A stretch of 64,000 nucleotides of DNA, taken from Nitrospirales bacterium (GTDB lineage: Bacteria > Nitrospirota > Nitrospiria > Nitrospirales > UBA8639). Below are positions 1 through 9,770 of this stretch, in pieces; position 1 is the first letter of the stretch, and each line of letters begins with the position of its first letter. The notes beneath the pieces are model-generated. The model made no database searches and was not told where the DNA came from. It saw only the letters and a program-made list of their open reading frames with translations. Location of the stretch: contig CBDBCZ010000019.1 in assembly GCA_965203295.1 (NCBI GenBank), positions 1,888,001 through 1,952,000 of the forward strand, in the 5' to 3' direction. Made by a program: the position numbers and the translations under genes.

Positions 1-219
1 AAGAAAACCACCGATTGGTCCCTCAAGCGGCCAAAAGCTGTGAACTTCGCCACATTCATGTAAAAGTTTTCCGACGTCGTTTTGAGTCCACAAAGCCAAC
101 TCATGGGATGGAAAAGTCTGGTGTAGGGCACGAATACCCTGGAGCGACAATACGACATCACCTAAAGAGCCAAAGTGACCGATGAGTATGACCGGAGAAG
201 TTGACACTGAGTCAGGCAA
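1..219 (-). CDS. Glycosyltransferase family 9 (LPS heptosyltransferase-like), N-terminal part, runs off the window edge
   Basis: Not in the ORF track. Manual translation from TTG219/GTG207 gives VILIGHFGSLGDVVLSLQGIRALHQTFPSHEL, the GT9 N-terminal 'SLGDVV' motif; open to position 1. Confidence 0.75.
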   Translation of the reverse strand, partial: MPDSVSTSPVILIGHFGSLGDVVLSLQGIRALHQTFPSHELALWTQNDVGKLLHECGEVHSFWPLEGPIGGFL

Positions 220-224
220 AAAAC

Positions 225-830
225 TCAGGAAGCAAGAAGTTTATTTGCAAATTCCAAATCGGCCGGTGTATTCACATTAAAAAATGATAAAAGACGGTCG
301 TCCAAGGACCTCATTTCGTCTTCAGGCACCAACCGAACGATAAGTTCCGATCGTTTGACAATCTCTTGAAGACGCAAGTTCCCTTCTTTTACCATCTCTT
401 CGACAACAGGAAGGCAATGCTTAGAATAAAAGGCATGCATAGGTTGTAAGCCATGGGCCAAATCAGCCATCACGACATCCGAGGAAGGATCCTTGGTAGA
501 CATACGAGAAATAACGTCGGGATTCAAAAATGGCATATCGCAACCTATCACAAAAATCCTGTCACTGGTGGCATGACTCAACCCAGTAAAAAGTCCCCCT
601 ACCGTAGCCTTGTGAGGAATGATATCACGAAGAATACAGGCTTTCCTTGTATCAACTTCAGGGACCTCATCTCCAAACACGACAAAAACCTCTGAGAAGA
701 TTCCTTCTAAAACACTCAACACTCTCGCAAAAAGAGATTTCCCCTCAACACACAGAAGCCGCTTATCACGACCCATCCGCTGACTGGTGCCCCCAGCCAA
801 TAAAACCCCCGTAATCCCTGTTAGCTCCAT
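225..830 (-). CDS. mobA: Molybdenum cofactor guanylyltransferase
   Basis: LLAGGTSQRMGRDK, GCDMPF, LQPMHAFY and FFNVNTPADL motifs. Confidence 0.92.
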   Translation of the reverse strand: MELTGITGVLLAGGTSQRMGRDKRLLCVEGKSLFARVLSVLEGIFSEVFVVFGDEVPEVDTRKACILRDIIPHKATVGGLFTGLSHATSDRIFVIGCDMPFLNPDVISRMSTKDPSSDVVMADLAHGLQPMHAFYSKHCLPVVEEMVKEGNLRLQEIVKRSELIVRLVPEDEMRSLDDRLLSFFNVNTPADLEFANKLLAS

Positions 831-854
831 TTCCGGATTGATTGTATCGACGTC

Positions 855-885
855 AAAAAAAAGGGGTAGGGAATCTCCCTACCCC
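855..885 (-). terminator. Rho-independent terminator after the cytochrome/oxidase operon
   Basis: Minus strand GGGGTAGGGA-GAT-TCCCTACCCC followed by a T8 run. Confidence 0.85.
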
Positions 886-922
886 CGTCTGCTCCGCCGC
901 TGGCGGGCTCGCGTGCCCGCGG

Positions 923-2779
923 CTACGTCGTTTTGCCTTTCCGGCGATTCGCCCGCCGGGTCAACACCCACCCTTCGATCCCCACAATCCCTAGCGTCAA
1001 GAACACGGGGTAAATATAGGCTTCTTGCGGGATCGGCGGCTCCATCACGAGATAATGAAACGCGGAGACGGCCATCTTCCGCCCCGCATCCCCATTGTGC
1101 CCGTCCCACGCAAAGAACACCATCGGGATGTATTTGCCTGCCTCTAGATAGGCATCTTCTTCATAGTCCCGCTTGATCGGCCGCGTGATGATGACCGTCC
1201 AGCGCCCATTCTTCCATTCTGCTTTCGTCAACTGCAGGTCTTCGGTCATATCCCGTTCCGTTAAGTCTTCATCCCAACCCGTGCCTTCCCATGCCATGAG
1301 ACTCCCATCCGCCATCCATTTGGTAATATCCATGGCGAATTTCTCATCTCCCCACAGATACCGCGGCTTCCGGGGTGCGGGTAACTCTTGCCACTTAATC
1401 GGAAATTCGAACGCAATCCCGTCGTTGTACACCTGATACCGATTCTGCCGCCACGCGATCGATTCTGGATGTGCCGGATCATCCTCGAAATTGGTCCCGC
1501 CCGGGGGCTGCTCCACCACGCCATAGTCCCACAGGTTGACTTCTGACCAGTCCCACTCCGCCTCGTCTTCCATCACGCTTTTCGTCCGGTCATCCCACTG
1601 GAAGAGAAACGAGATGTGCGTGTCGTTGAACAGCGATTGCACCCACGCATCATCAATCCGATTGACGAAGTTCCTGGGTTTATGCGTGATTTGTCCACCC
1701 AGCGCAATCCACCGCCGGGTCGCCATCGCCCACCGCTCATCGAGTTCATCCGTGGGCAGCTCGCCTTCGACAAATTTCGACGGGATCACGAAGTTGGCTT
1801 TCGGTTTGTCCGTTAAGCTGTCAATTGGGAACGCTTGCCCTTGTTGTAATTGCTGCGCGATCTCTTCCGTGACTTCTCCCCCGTTGATGTTGATTTCATT
1901 CACCCGCTCACATAAGGAGGCGACATAGTTGGCAATATCCCACCGGTCTTCAATCGAGGTGGTGTCGGCAAACGAGGGCATGGGGGTCCCATTGATCCCC
2001 GTAGAGAATGTCCGGAAGATATTCTTCACATTATATGCGTCTTGGCGGCTGCCCCGGAAGTTCCAACACTTATGCCAATCCGCTGGCTGGATGGGGAAGC
2101 CCCAGTCATCCTTCAGGTTGAAGGCATTGCCATCGCCTCGGCCTTCTAATCCGTGGCATTCAATACATTTTTTCTCCACCACGAGCTCCGCCCCACGCTT
2201 GATGCTTTCGGCATTCGGCTCTGTGGGCTGGAGTTGGTCCAACTGTAAGACTGCGAATGATTCAAATTCTTCATCCTGCCAGTCCCGGTCTTTGACGAGT
2301 TGGGTGGTGACAAACGTCAACACGTCTCGCCGCTGTTGTTCGGTGAGAATGCCTTCCCAGGAGGGCATGGCCGAGCCCGGCAGCCCATGCGTGACGGTTT
2401 GAAACAGGTCGACATCAATCAGCGGGAGTTCGCCACTAGCCGTATGACGGATCTTGAAGGTGCCTTGGTTGAAGTTTCGGGGCCGTGGCCACAACCGGTC
2501 GGCGCCTGGGCCATCGCCGGCGCCTTCGACGCCATGACACCATACACACTTCGTAAAATACACGCGTTTGCCGGCTTCAATCTGTTCGGCCGGTGGTGGC
2601 GCAGGCCGACTGCCGGCTTTAAAGCCTTCAGGCAGGTCCTCCCCCTCCTCTTGCGCCCAGGCGAGTCCGCCGCCCAGGAGGAGGCTCAGACTGGCGAGCA
2701 GCACGAGGCCTCTCCAGCCAGTCCTCCGTATCGTGTCTCCGTTGCTCATGATACTCCAATTTGTCTTCGTGATGGTCAT
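923..2779 (-). CDS. Dihaem c-type cytochrome with C-terminal ethylbenzene dehydrogenase/DMSO reductase gamma-like haem b domain; candidate alternative NXR membrane subunit (alt-NxrC)
   Basis: Signal peptide, CVWCH and CIECH haem motifs, DOMON-like C-domain (FQWDD, WKNGRWTVIITR, FFAWDG), C-terminal TM anchor; same architecture as the Nitrospira protein encoded next to the bd-like oxidase. Confidence 0.8.
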   Translation of the reverse strand: MTITKTNWSIMSNGDTIRRTGWRGLVLLASLSLLLGGGLAWAQEEGEDLPEGFKAGSRPAPPPAEQIEAGKRVYFTKCVWCHGVEGAGDGPGADRLWPRPRNFNQGTFKIRHTASGELPLIDVDLFQTVTHGLPGSAMPSWEGILTEQQRRDVLTFVTTQLVKDRDWQDEEFESFAVLQLDQLQPTEPNAESIKRGAELVVEKKCIECHGLEGRGDGNAFNLKDDWGFPIQPADWHKCWNFRGSRQDAYNVKNIFRTFSTGINGTPMPSFADTTSIEDRWDIANYVASLCERVNEININGGEVTEEIAQQLQQGQAFPIDSLTDKPKANFVIPSKFVEGELPTDELDERWAMATRRWIALGGQITHKPRNFVNRIDDAWVQSLFNDTHISFLFQWDDRTKSVMEDEAEWDWSEVNLWDYGVVEQPPGGTNFEDDPAHPESIAWRQNRYQVYNDGIAFEFPIKWQELPAPRKPRYLWGDEKFAMDITKWMADGSLMAWEGTGWDEDLTERDMTEDLQLTKAEWKNGRWTVIITRPIKRDYEEDAYLEAGKYIPMVFFAWDGHNGDAGRKMAVSAFHYLVMEPPIPQEAYIYPVFLTLGIVGIEGWVLTRRANRRKGKTT

Positions 2780-2794
2780 CCCACGGCCCTCCTT

Positions 2795-3769
2795 TTAATC
2801 CCAGGTCCGGGGATAATACCCCGTATGCCAATATTCAAACATCACGACTTTCCAGATTTCTTCGGTGGTCAAATGCTCCTTCCAGGGAGGCATAACAGAC
2901 GCCCAGGGGAAGCCTTCTGGCGGCAATCCAATGCCACCCTGCGCCACCCGCCAGAATACGAAGGTCTCTTGCAGCTGCGCGATCGTGCCGGCATCGGTGA
3001 AGTTGGCCGGGATCGGGTTAAAGGCATAGGCCCACAGCCCACGCCCATTCAGGTTATCCCCATGACAGAAGTGACAGTTTTGGAAGAAGATCTCACCGCC
3101 TTCCCGTACATACTTCGTATAGCCTTCGGCATTGGGATCCCACGGATTGTAATTAGGATCATTGACGTCTTTCATCAACCGTCCCATGTCCTGTGAGACA
3201 ATCCGCGCATCCGTGTAGGCTTGGTCGTACTTCCCGTCCACGTTCACGCGAAACGGATTCTCCGAGGTTTGCAGCACGAAGGTTTTGCCATGCACTTTCG
3301 TCGTCGCCGGAGGAGCTGGATGCACGGTCCGCAATTCAATCGGCTCTTCAAAACTTGGCTTAAACGAAGAAAATCCATACCAGCCCACCATCAACGGGAT
3401 CACGATCAACGCCACCAGGCGGATGGCCTTGTTCATCGGGTTGGTGGCATCCATGACATTCAACACGGGGCGCTTAAAGTCCTGCCATTCGATTTCCGAA
3501 CCCGACACCCACATAAACACGCCACACAGCGACACGGTACCGTAAATGGCCCGGACACTAAAGGGAATCGGGGGATAGATCCGGAACTTCAGATAGGCTT
3601 GGATGAACACCCAAACGAGGATCCCGGCCCAGAACTTTGGCACCCCCATCCCCGCCCTTTTGAGCGACCAATTGATCATCGAAAAGGCTAAAATACAGAT
3701 CGCCAACTCGCTGATCATCTGCATCGGCATGTACCCTTCGACTAATTTTAACCATGTCATCGCCTGCAA
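2795..3769 (-). CDS. Membrane-anchored monohaem cytochrome c
   Basis: Several N-terminal TM helices, CHFCH, PANFT, distal Met in SVMPPW. Confidence 0.85.
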   Translation of the reverse strand: MQAMTWLKLVEGYMPMQMISELAICILAFSMINWSLKRAGMGVPKFWAGILVWVFIQAYLKFRIYPPIPFSVRAIYGTVSLCGVFMWVSGSEIEWQDFKRPVLNVMDATNPMNKAIRLVALIVIPLMVGWYGFSSFKPSFEEPIELRTVHPAPPATTKVHGKTFVLQTSENPFRVNVDGKYDQAYTDARIVSQDMGRLMKDVNDPNYNPWDPNAEGYTKYVREGGEIFFQNCHFCHGDNLNGRGLWAYAFNPIPANFTDAGTIAQLQETFVFWRVAQGGIGLPPEGFPWASVMPPWKEHLTTEEIWKVVMFEYWHTGYYPRTWD

Positions 3770-3807
3770 CTCCTGGTTAGGATTTTGGCTATTTTAAGAT
3801 TATTTCT

Positions 3808-5115
3808 CTATTCCATTGTAGGAGAGGGCTGGCCCTCTTTAACCTGGGACAAATAATCCACAATTTTGTTGACCGCACCAGCACTCAGCTTTAATCCAAA
3901 ATCTTTAGGCATTTGGTTGTCTGGGAAATCTTTGACCACAAACATACTGGGGTTCAAGATGGATTCCGTAACGTACTCTCGAACCGACCTGGCATTTCCC
4001 TTGTACGTGGGATCCTTCAACCGCTTAGGCGCACTGGATCCCTCTGCTAATAATGGCCCGACTTTTCCGACCGCACCTTCGATCCCAGGGATGGTGTGGC
4101 AAGCCGGACAACCTGCCTTCATAAAGAGATCGGTGATTGGCTCTTCACCGGTTGCAAGAATTCCTCCTGCAGCCGCTTCTTCCCCACTTGCCTCCGTAAT
4201 CCGGTCACCCTCAGGGATAAATTTTTCATAGGAGGCGATAATTTCCTCATAAGCGGGATTCTCGACACCCTCTCTGACATACATCCACGTGTCAACCGAA
4301 GCTAGTTCTCCCATTGATAGCGAAATTGGTGGCTTATGGATTCTCGGCATGGGGCTTTCCGTATCATTCGTACCTTTTACGCCAAATCCTGGAACCACGA
4401 AGCAATTTGGGCAGGCATGAGATTCGGCAATATATCCCTGGCCCGTTTCTGCGGTTCCAGAACCTGGGAACGACTCTTTTTGTACCGTATCCCTGGCTTC
4501 AGGATTCCCCTTATGGTATTTGGGATGGTCAAGACGTTTAACAGCCCTGGCTGGAATATCAAAAAGATTCGGAGCCCGCTCACTCAGGAATCCCTTCTGA
4601 AACCCATGACAGAGAGGGCATTGACCCTTACCAATGGCCCCCTGAACTTTGCTTTGCCCCAAGCCACCAAAAATAATTTTCTCCCCCTCGTCGGAAAGCT
4701 GTTGCGCCGACATGCTTTGAAAATCAAGTTTCACCACCGGGGGCGGAAACCCTCCCTCCACCTGAGGGAGCCAGTTCCCATAGCCTGACAAGGCAGCGGC
4801 CACGAAGAACATGAACCCCCCAATCTTCATGAGGGCCCCGATATTGGTGAAATAAATCCCCATGATATAAGTAAGGATGGTGATCATGACCAGCGACATA
4901 GGTAGGAGTCTATTTTCACCATAAAAATTATTTTTGTAATTTGCTATCGCGATAAACGCCATAAAAGCCGCGAGCATGCCGATAAGGGTCTTATGCATAA
5001 GACCCTTCTTTTTTTCAGCATCCTTCACCGAAGTGGCAAAGTACACCATAAACCCGATGAGAAAAAGAAAAACAGGCCATCCGATTGAAAAGGCTTCGCT
5101 TATTAAGCCCAGCAC
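3808..5115 (-). CDS. Membrane-anchored dihaem cytochrome c
   Basis: About four N-terminal TM helices, CPLCH and CPACH in two duplicated cytochrome c domains, extra HACPNC. Confidence 0.85.
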   Translation of the reverse strand: MLGLISEAFSIGWPVFLFLIGFMVYFATSVKDAEKKKGLMHKTLIGMLAAFMAFIAIANYKNNFYGENRLLPMSLVMITILTYIMGIYFTNIGALMKIGGFMFFVAAALSGYGNWLPQVEGGFPPPVVKLDFQSMSAQQLSDEGEKIIFGGLGQSKVQGAIGKGQCPLCHGFQKGFLSERAPNLFDIPARAVKRLDHPKYHKGNPEARDTVQKESFPGSGTAETGQGYIAESHACPNCFVVPGFGVKGTNDTESPMPRIHKPPISLSMGELASVDTWMYVREGVENPAYEEIIASYEKFIPEGDRITEASGEEAAAGGILATGEEPITDLFMKAGCPACHTIPGIEGAVGKVGPLLAEGSSAPKRLKDPTYKGNARSVREYVTESILNPSMFVVKDFPDNQMPKDFGLKLSAGAVNKIVDYLSQVKEGQPSPTME

Positions 5116-5200
5116 CTTAATCCCTCCCTCTAAAAACTGCCCGCAACTTTACTTACCATTAGGGGCGGTTTTCATTTAAGCCATTTAATTATGCGGATGT

Positions 5201-7165
5201 TCAGTGTCCTGTTGCCGGTTGAGGCGAAGGTGTACCCGGTACGGGCTCGGTCGCGGGTACAGGCGCCTTCTTCGCACCCAATGTCCCTAGCCAGAACACA
5301 AAGAGGATTGTTATCCAGAAAAATAGCACGTTAAAGGAAATCACATTCGCACCAAACCCGATTGTATGCGTGTATGCCCACGGTGAGTTGTCACGCATAA
5401 CCTCATTTACATGCCAGAACAGGCGAACGGATGAGCGAATATACCCCATTAATCCCATCATCCATGTAAATGCTGTCGCCAACATGATGAGGGCATATTG
5501 AGATCGCGGAGCAATTTTCCCCCACTGAATCGGCCCGAGTTGCCTCCCCCCTTTCAGCATTATGAGGTTCATCGGTGTCATTAAGAAAAGACAGGACAAG
5601 GTTCCGGCAACCTGAGGAACAGAAAGTCCGATTCGGACATTTGCAGGTATGAAGTATCCATACACAGCAAGCCAGATGTTATTTAATTGCGCGACGGTAA
5701 AGAATACGATCATAAATGTATTACCAAACCTCGACCAACTTACCGTAGGAACCCTATTACCTCGCTGGTACCATATAAAGCTTAAAATTGTGGTCATGAT
5801 GATGGCGTTAATTCCACCATTTTTAGCCGACATCACTCCGTAATTCCCCAATACTGGATGCTGCTGGCCTCCCATGGCCTTTAATTCGGCCGGGGTCATG
5901 ACAATGGTATGGGGCGTAATAAAGACCAGGAGACCCACCACCAAGATAAACACGAGATATTTTATATATCGTTGGAAGCGGTCTGCTCCGGTCATTCTTC
6001 CAAGAGCTTGCCATAGATAGTAATTCGTGGTCAGGAATAAAATCCCAATCATGGTGGCTTGAATAATAAACAACCAAGCCAAAAGTCCACCCATCAGGGT
6101 AATTCCCATTTGTTGACGATAGGCATAAACCTCTCGCATCAACCAATATCCTGCAAATGGTAAGGGGATTAAGAATGCCACCCCCAAACTCATGGCAATA
6201 TATCCCATCCAGTCATAATGGGCTCTCTCCTCGTCATTCTTTGCAGAAAGGAAGCGATAAGCCGCATACGCTGCCACCACGCCACCACCGAAGGCCATGT
6301 TACCCAAAATCCTGTGGACATTGAGAGGATTCCAAAGGGCCGTATGAAGGACATGCCAAATATTACCCAAATATCGTCCCTTCTCATCAACTCCTGCTGG
6401 AGACATCATGAACCCAATCCAAGAATTGGCGAGGAACATCAAAACCGTCCCAATCACATTGAGGACTACAGACATGCTGACGTGCAGCCACTTCAGAAGC
6501 CCCTCTTTCATCTTGTCCCAACCATAGTAATAGATATAGAGGGTTCCACTTTCAGCCACAAACATCAAAGCATAAATATGCATGACAGGCCGGAATATAC
6601 TAGAGAGGTAACCAAAGAAAGAGGGATACAATGTGAGGAAGGTAAATATTAGAATACCACCGAGAATGGCGGTCAATGAATAGGCAGTTAAGCTGATCTT
6701 AATAAAGTCATAGGCTAATTGGTCATATTTCTTAGCCATGGCTTTATCTTTTGAAACCAATCCAGCAAACTCAATGCACATACAAAAAATGGGAACCGCT
6801 AACACAAAGCTCCCATAATATAAATGCTGCTGATTAGCGACCCAGAGAAGAACACGACTTTCGAAATTATATCGGGGGTAAAACTCAGCGGTATCTTCTG
6901 TTTTAGGAGCCGGGGCACCAACCGCAGGACCTTCAATTTTGTAATACACATCGCGTCCCATCTCAATCTTCTCTGACTCTTCTCCCTCCACACCCTCCTG
7001 CTCAGCAACTACATCCGGAGGCGGTCCACCCACTGCCGGAGCTCCGCCACCTGCTAAGGCCGGAAGCGCCACGAAAATGGGGAGCAACAACATCACTCCC
7101 ATCGCGAAAAGCCCCGTGACTGCCAAGAGTTTCTTCCTGGCTGTGTTTTTCATGAGGCAACCCAT
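5201..7165 (-). CDS. Cytochrome bd-like oxidase subunit I (CydA-like, Nitrospirota OR-N type)
   Basis: Polytopic membrane protein with CydA-like QQHLYYGSF, FVAESG, ANSWIGFMMSPAG, NVHRILG and VRLFW (GRQPW position); no obvious Q-loop; SD AAGGAGG. Confidence 0.85.
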   Translation of the reverse strand: MGCLMKNTARKKLLAVTGLFAMGVMLLLPIFVALPALAGGGAPAVGGPPPDVVAEQEGVEGEESEKIEMGRDVYYKIEGPAVGAPAPKTEDTAEFYPRYNFESRVLLWVANQQHLYYGSFVLAVPIFCMCIEFAGLVSKDKAMAKKYDQLAYDFIKISLTAYSLTAILGGILIFTFLTLYPSFFGYLSSIFRPVMHIYALMFVAESGTLYIYYYGWDKMKEGLLKWLHVSMSVVLNVIGTVLMFLANSWIGFMMSPAGVDEKGRYLGNIWHVLHTALWNPLNVHRILGNMAFGGGVVAAYAAYRFLSAKNDEERAHYDWMGYIAMSLGVAFLIPLPFAGYWLMREVYAYRQQMGITLMGGLLAWLFIIQATMIGILFLTTNYYLWQALGRMTGADRFQRYIKYLVFILVVGLLVFITPHTIVMTPAELKAMGGQQHPVLGNYGVMSAKNGGINAIIMTTILSFIWYQRGNRVPTVSWSRFGNTFMIVFFTVAQLNNIWLAVYGYFIPANVRIGLSVPQVAGTLSCLFLMTPMNLIMLKGGRQLGPIQWGKIAPRSQYALIMLATAFTWMMGLMGYIRSSVRLFWHVNEVMRDNSPWAYTHTIGFGANVISFNVLFFWITILFVFWLGTLGAKKAPVPATEPVPGTPSPQPATGH

Positions 7166-7239
7166 GACTACCTCCTTTTTTCCTTAATAACAAAATTCTT
7201 TGTTTCGGAGAAAATTTTCATTTCACGTAGTTCACTAAA

Positions 7240-7356
7240 TTAACGGAACATATAAAAATAATCCAATCCCTGCATATCCATCAGGAACCAATCCACGAAT
7301 TGGAAATAGGCGAGACAAATAACCAGGGAGACCACAACATAAATGACCGTTTGCAT
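7240..7356 (-). CDS. Small single-TM protein (38 aa), first gene of the oxidase operon
   Basis: MQTVIYVVVSLVICLAYFQFVDWFLMDMQGLDYFYMFR*; perfect SD AAGGAGG 7 nt upstream; below the ORF-track cutoff. Confidence 0.75.
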   Translation of the reverse strand: MQTVIYVVVSLVICLAYFQFVDWFLMDMQGLDYFYMFR

Positions 7357-7411
7357 CCGAGGACCTCCTTACTTAATTCACTTTACAGAATCAAGACAAA
7401 GTATCGCTGCC

Positions 7412-7440
7412 AACCTAAGCCTCAAGAGGACTTATGTCAA
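7412..7440 (-). promoter_or_regulatory. Sigma70-type promoter of the oxidase/cytochrome operon
   Basis: TTGACA-N17-TAGGTT on the minus strand. Confidence 0.6.
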
Positions 7441-7660
7441 CATGGACACTGAATCCCTGCAAACCAATAAAAAAACCATAGGCTGACAGCGCAGGTTACA
7501 TAAAACACAGCTTTTCCAATTTTAGTCTGAAGTTCAGGACTTAGAGATTGGCCCATAAGCCTCCATACCTAATTAGATGACCCTAATAAAAAATACTCTT
7601 GACACCAGATTTATGCATATGGTACTGAAATTCCTTTGTTTCATTCGAAAGGCTCAATTC

Positions 7661-7765
7661 ATGCGCACTAATGCAAAATTATTCGATATTGTAGTGCTGG
7701 CCGGAATGGTTGTCAATATTCTTCTGGCTGTCTTCCTCATCTTGTATTACTTCGATTTTCTTTAA
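7661..7765 (+). CDS. Putative small single-TM protein (34 aa)
   Basis: MRTNAKLFDIVVLAGMVVNILLAVFLILYYFDFL*; GAAAGG upstream of ATG7661; TTGACA at 7599. Confidence 0.5.
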   Translation: MRTNAKLFDIVVLAGMVVNILLAVFLILYYFDFL

Positions 7766-8688
7766 GAAGATCCTCGTTCCGCGGAATTTTCAACCAAATT
7801 TCTTTCTTGAATTTTTTCTGATGATGCACATCGGAACCCTATGGTTTCGTCACGAAAGTCCGGCACCATAAAGCTTCGGTTTGTGATACGCAAATCTATT
7901 CCCCGACTTGTGTAGCCCCCTCCCCGTAACGTCTTATAAGACCCATAATCCGCAGCTTCAGAACTAGCCTGGGAAGTCGAAGAACCTTGATAGACTTGCT
8001 CTTCATACCAATCCATGACCCATTCCATCAAGTTTCCCGCCCCATCGTATACCCCAAACACACTTCGATCACGAGGAAAAGATCCCACAGGAGCCGTCGC
8101 CTCAAAGGGGTCTCCTGCCCCCCCCAAATTGGCAAAACGCGCATCAAATTGATTACCCCACGGGTACAACCGCCCATCTATTCCACGCATGGCCTTTTCC
8201 CATTCCGCTTCGGTAGGTAGTCGCTTTCCCTTCCATTGACAATAGGCTTGAGCATCACCCCAGGACACATACGTCACGGGCTGGTTGGAACCTCGAAGCT
8301 GGGACAACCGTTTGGCATAACGAGAGGGGGGCCCTGGCTTGCGATGCCTGGTGGATTCAACAAATTCTAAATAGTGATGATTCATCACTTCAAATCGATC
8401 GATCCAAAAGGCTTCGAGAGATAAAGTTCTTTCTGGGCCTTCATTAAAACCACCCTCATTAGTCCCTTGAATGAATTCACCGGTCGGGATTAAAACCATT
8501 TCCTCCTTCAAGTTTTTTTCTGATCGCTCGTCTACAGGCAATGCATCCTTATCATCCTCAAGGGCAGGAGCATTCATCAACACAGGATCTGAAGGAGGAG
8601 GGGTAGTTCCCTTCAGAATCCCAATGATAGGCACGCTTGTCAGAAAAAGGACAGCAAGAAGAAAAATAATTTTGAACCTGCCATCCAC
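7762..8688 (-). CDS. FGE-sulfatase (SUMF1/NirV/EgtB-C-terminal) domain protein
   Basis: RLPTEAEWEKAMRG, YPWGN, GNLMEWV, RGG..GFRC; N-terminal membrane anchor. Confidence 0.9.
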   Translation of the reverse strand: MDGRFKIIFLLAVLFLTSVPIIGILKGTTPPPSDPVLMNAPALEDDKDALPVDERSEKNLKEEMVLIPTGEFIQGTNEGGFNEGPERTLSLEAFWIDRFEVMNHHYLEFVESTRHRKPGPPSRYAKRLSQLRGSNQPVTYVSWGDAQAYCQWKGKRLPTEAEWEKAMRGIDGRLYPWGNQFDARFANLGGAGDPFEATAPVGSFPRDRSVFGVYDGAGNLMEWVMDWYEEQVYQGSSTSQASSEAADYGSYKTLRGGGYTSRGIDLRITNRSFMVPDFRDETIGFRCASSEKIQERNLVENSAERGSS

Positions 8689-8780
8689 CCCTACTCATTC
8701 CTCGTTATGTCTATAAAAGATTCTCGCTGAGGGTCGATACGAGCCTGGCATAGGATGTCTTGTTGCAACATCCATAAACA

Positions 8781-9695
8781 TCAGGACTCTTTGGGCGATG
8801 ACTCAGCACTTGTGGCACAACGAAATCCAACAGTTGCATCGGTTCTCCACATTTTAGCTGAGAAACGTTTGGTTAACCGAGCGTTCAGCTTGCTCTCCCG
8901 CCAAGAGCCTCCGCGAATGACTTTAAATTCGGAGACCTCAGGACCAGGAGGATCACGATAAGGAGACTTTCGATAATATTCTGGATCGTAGGAATCTTCG
9001 ACCCACTCAGCAACATTACCTGTGACATCGTACAAGCCAAACGGACTTCGTCCATATTCCAATGCCCCTGTAATCCCAAGGTAGGCATATCCATCCTCTT
9101 CCCCATCAATATTGGCATATCCATATTGGAAGTCATTCCCCCAGGGATAGATCCGCCGGCCTTCTCCTCTAGCGGCTTTTTCCCATTCAGCTTCAGTGGG
9201 AAGACGCTTACCAGCCCACCGACAATAGGCAACCGCATCATTCCATGTCAGTCCCACAACAGGATAGTCAGGATTGACCAATTTTGAGATTTCATCTTCA
9301 AACACAGGCACCATGGGTTGCGCACGTTTGGTCATCTTCACAAATCGTTCGTATTCCGATTGGGTCACTTCTTTGAGATCGATCCAATAAGGACTCAGGT
9401 AAACAGGACGAGAAGGCCCTTCATCCGGATCTCCTTCGTCACTCCCCATCGTAAAGGGACCTTCTGGAATTTCAACCATCTCACGACCTTCATTTCCTAC
9501 CTTGGTTTTGTACATGGAAAAGTCTTGGACAGACATAGGCTTAATGACATTCGGTTTCGCGGATTGGAAGGAAACCACCATACTTTCACGTTCTTGCTTA
9601 GCTTTATAGGACTCCCATACCAGCATAGCAATCATGAGAATAAAGGACCCAAATACAAATATAATTGAGCCAATTAGGACCCCGCGATTTTCCAT
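8781..9695 (-). CDS. FGE-sulfatase domain protein (paralog)
   Basis: RLPTEAEWEKAARG, YPWGN, GNVAEWV, RGGSW..GFRC; N-terminal TM. Confidence 0.9.
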   Translation of the reverse strand: MENRGVLIGSIIFVFGSFILMIAMLVWESYKAKQERESMVVSFQSAKPNVIKPMSVQDFSMYKTKVGNEGREMVEIPEGPFTMGSDEGDPDEGPSRPVYLSPYWIDLKEVTQSEYERFVKMTKRAQPMVPVFEDEISKLVNPDYPVVGLTWNDAVAYCRWAGKRLPTEAEWEKAARGEGRRIYPWGNDFQYGYANIDGEEDGYAYLGITGALEYGRSPFGLYDVTGNVAEWVEDSYDPEYYRKSPYRDPPGPEVSEFKVIRGGSWRESKLNARLTKRFSAKMWRTDATVGFRCATSAESSPKES

Positions 9696-9770
9696 AACCT
9701 CTTGAGCTAACTTTCGTTTTTGAGAGTAACCTCTGTGGTCAACCGTCCTGACTCAAGATTCAGCGATTGA

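Noticed and set aside
2300..3196. 298-aa plus-strand ORF and similar antisense ORFs
   Set aside because: Shadow frames of well-supported minus-strand genes
7762..9695. DGR target proteins (CLec/FGE fold)
   Set aside because: No reverse transcriptase and no template/variable repeat pair seen in the window
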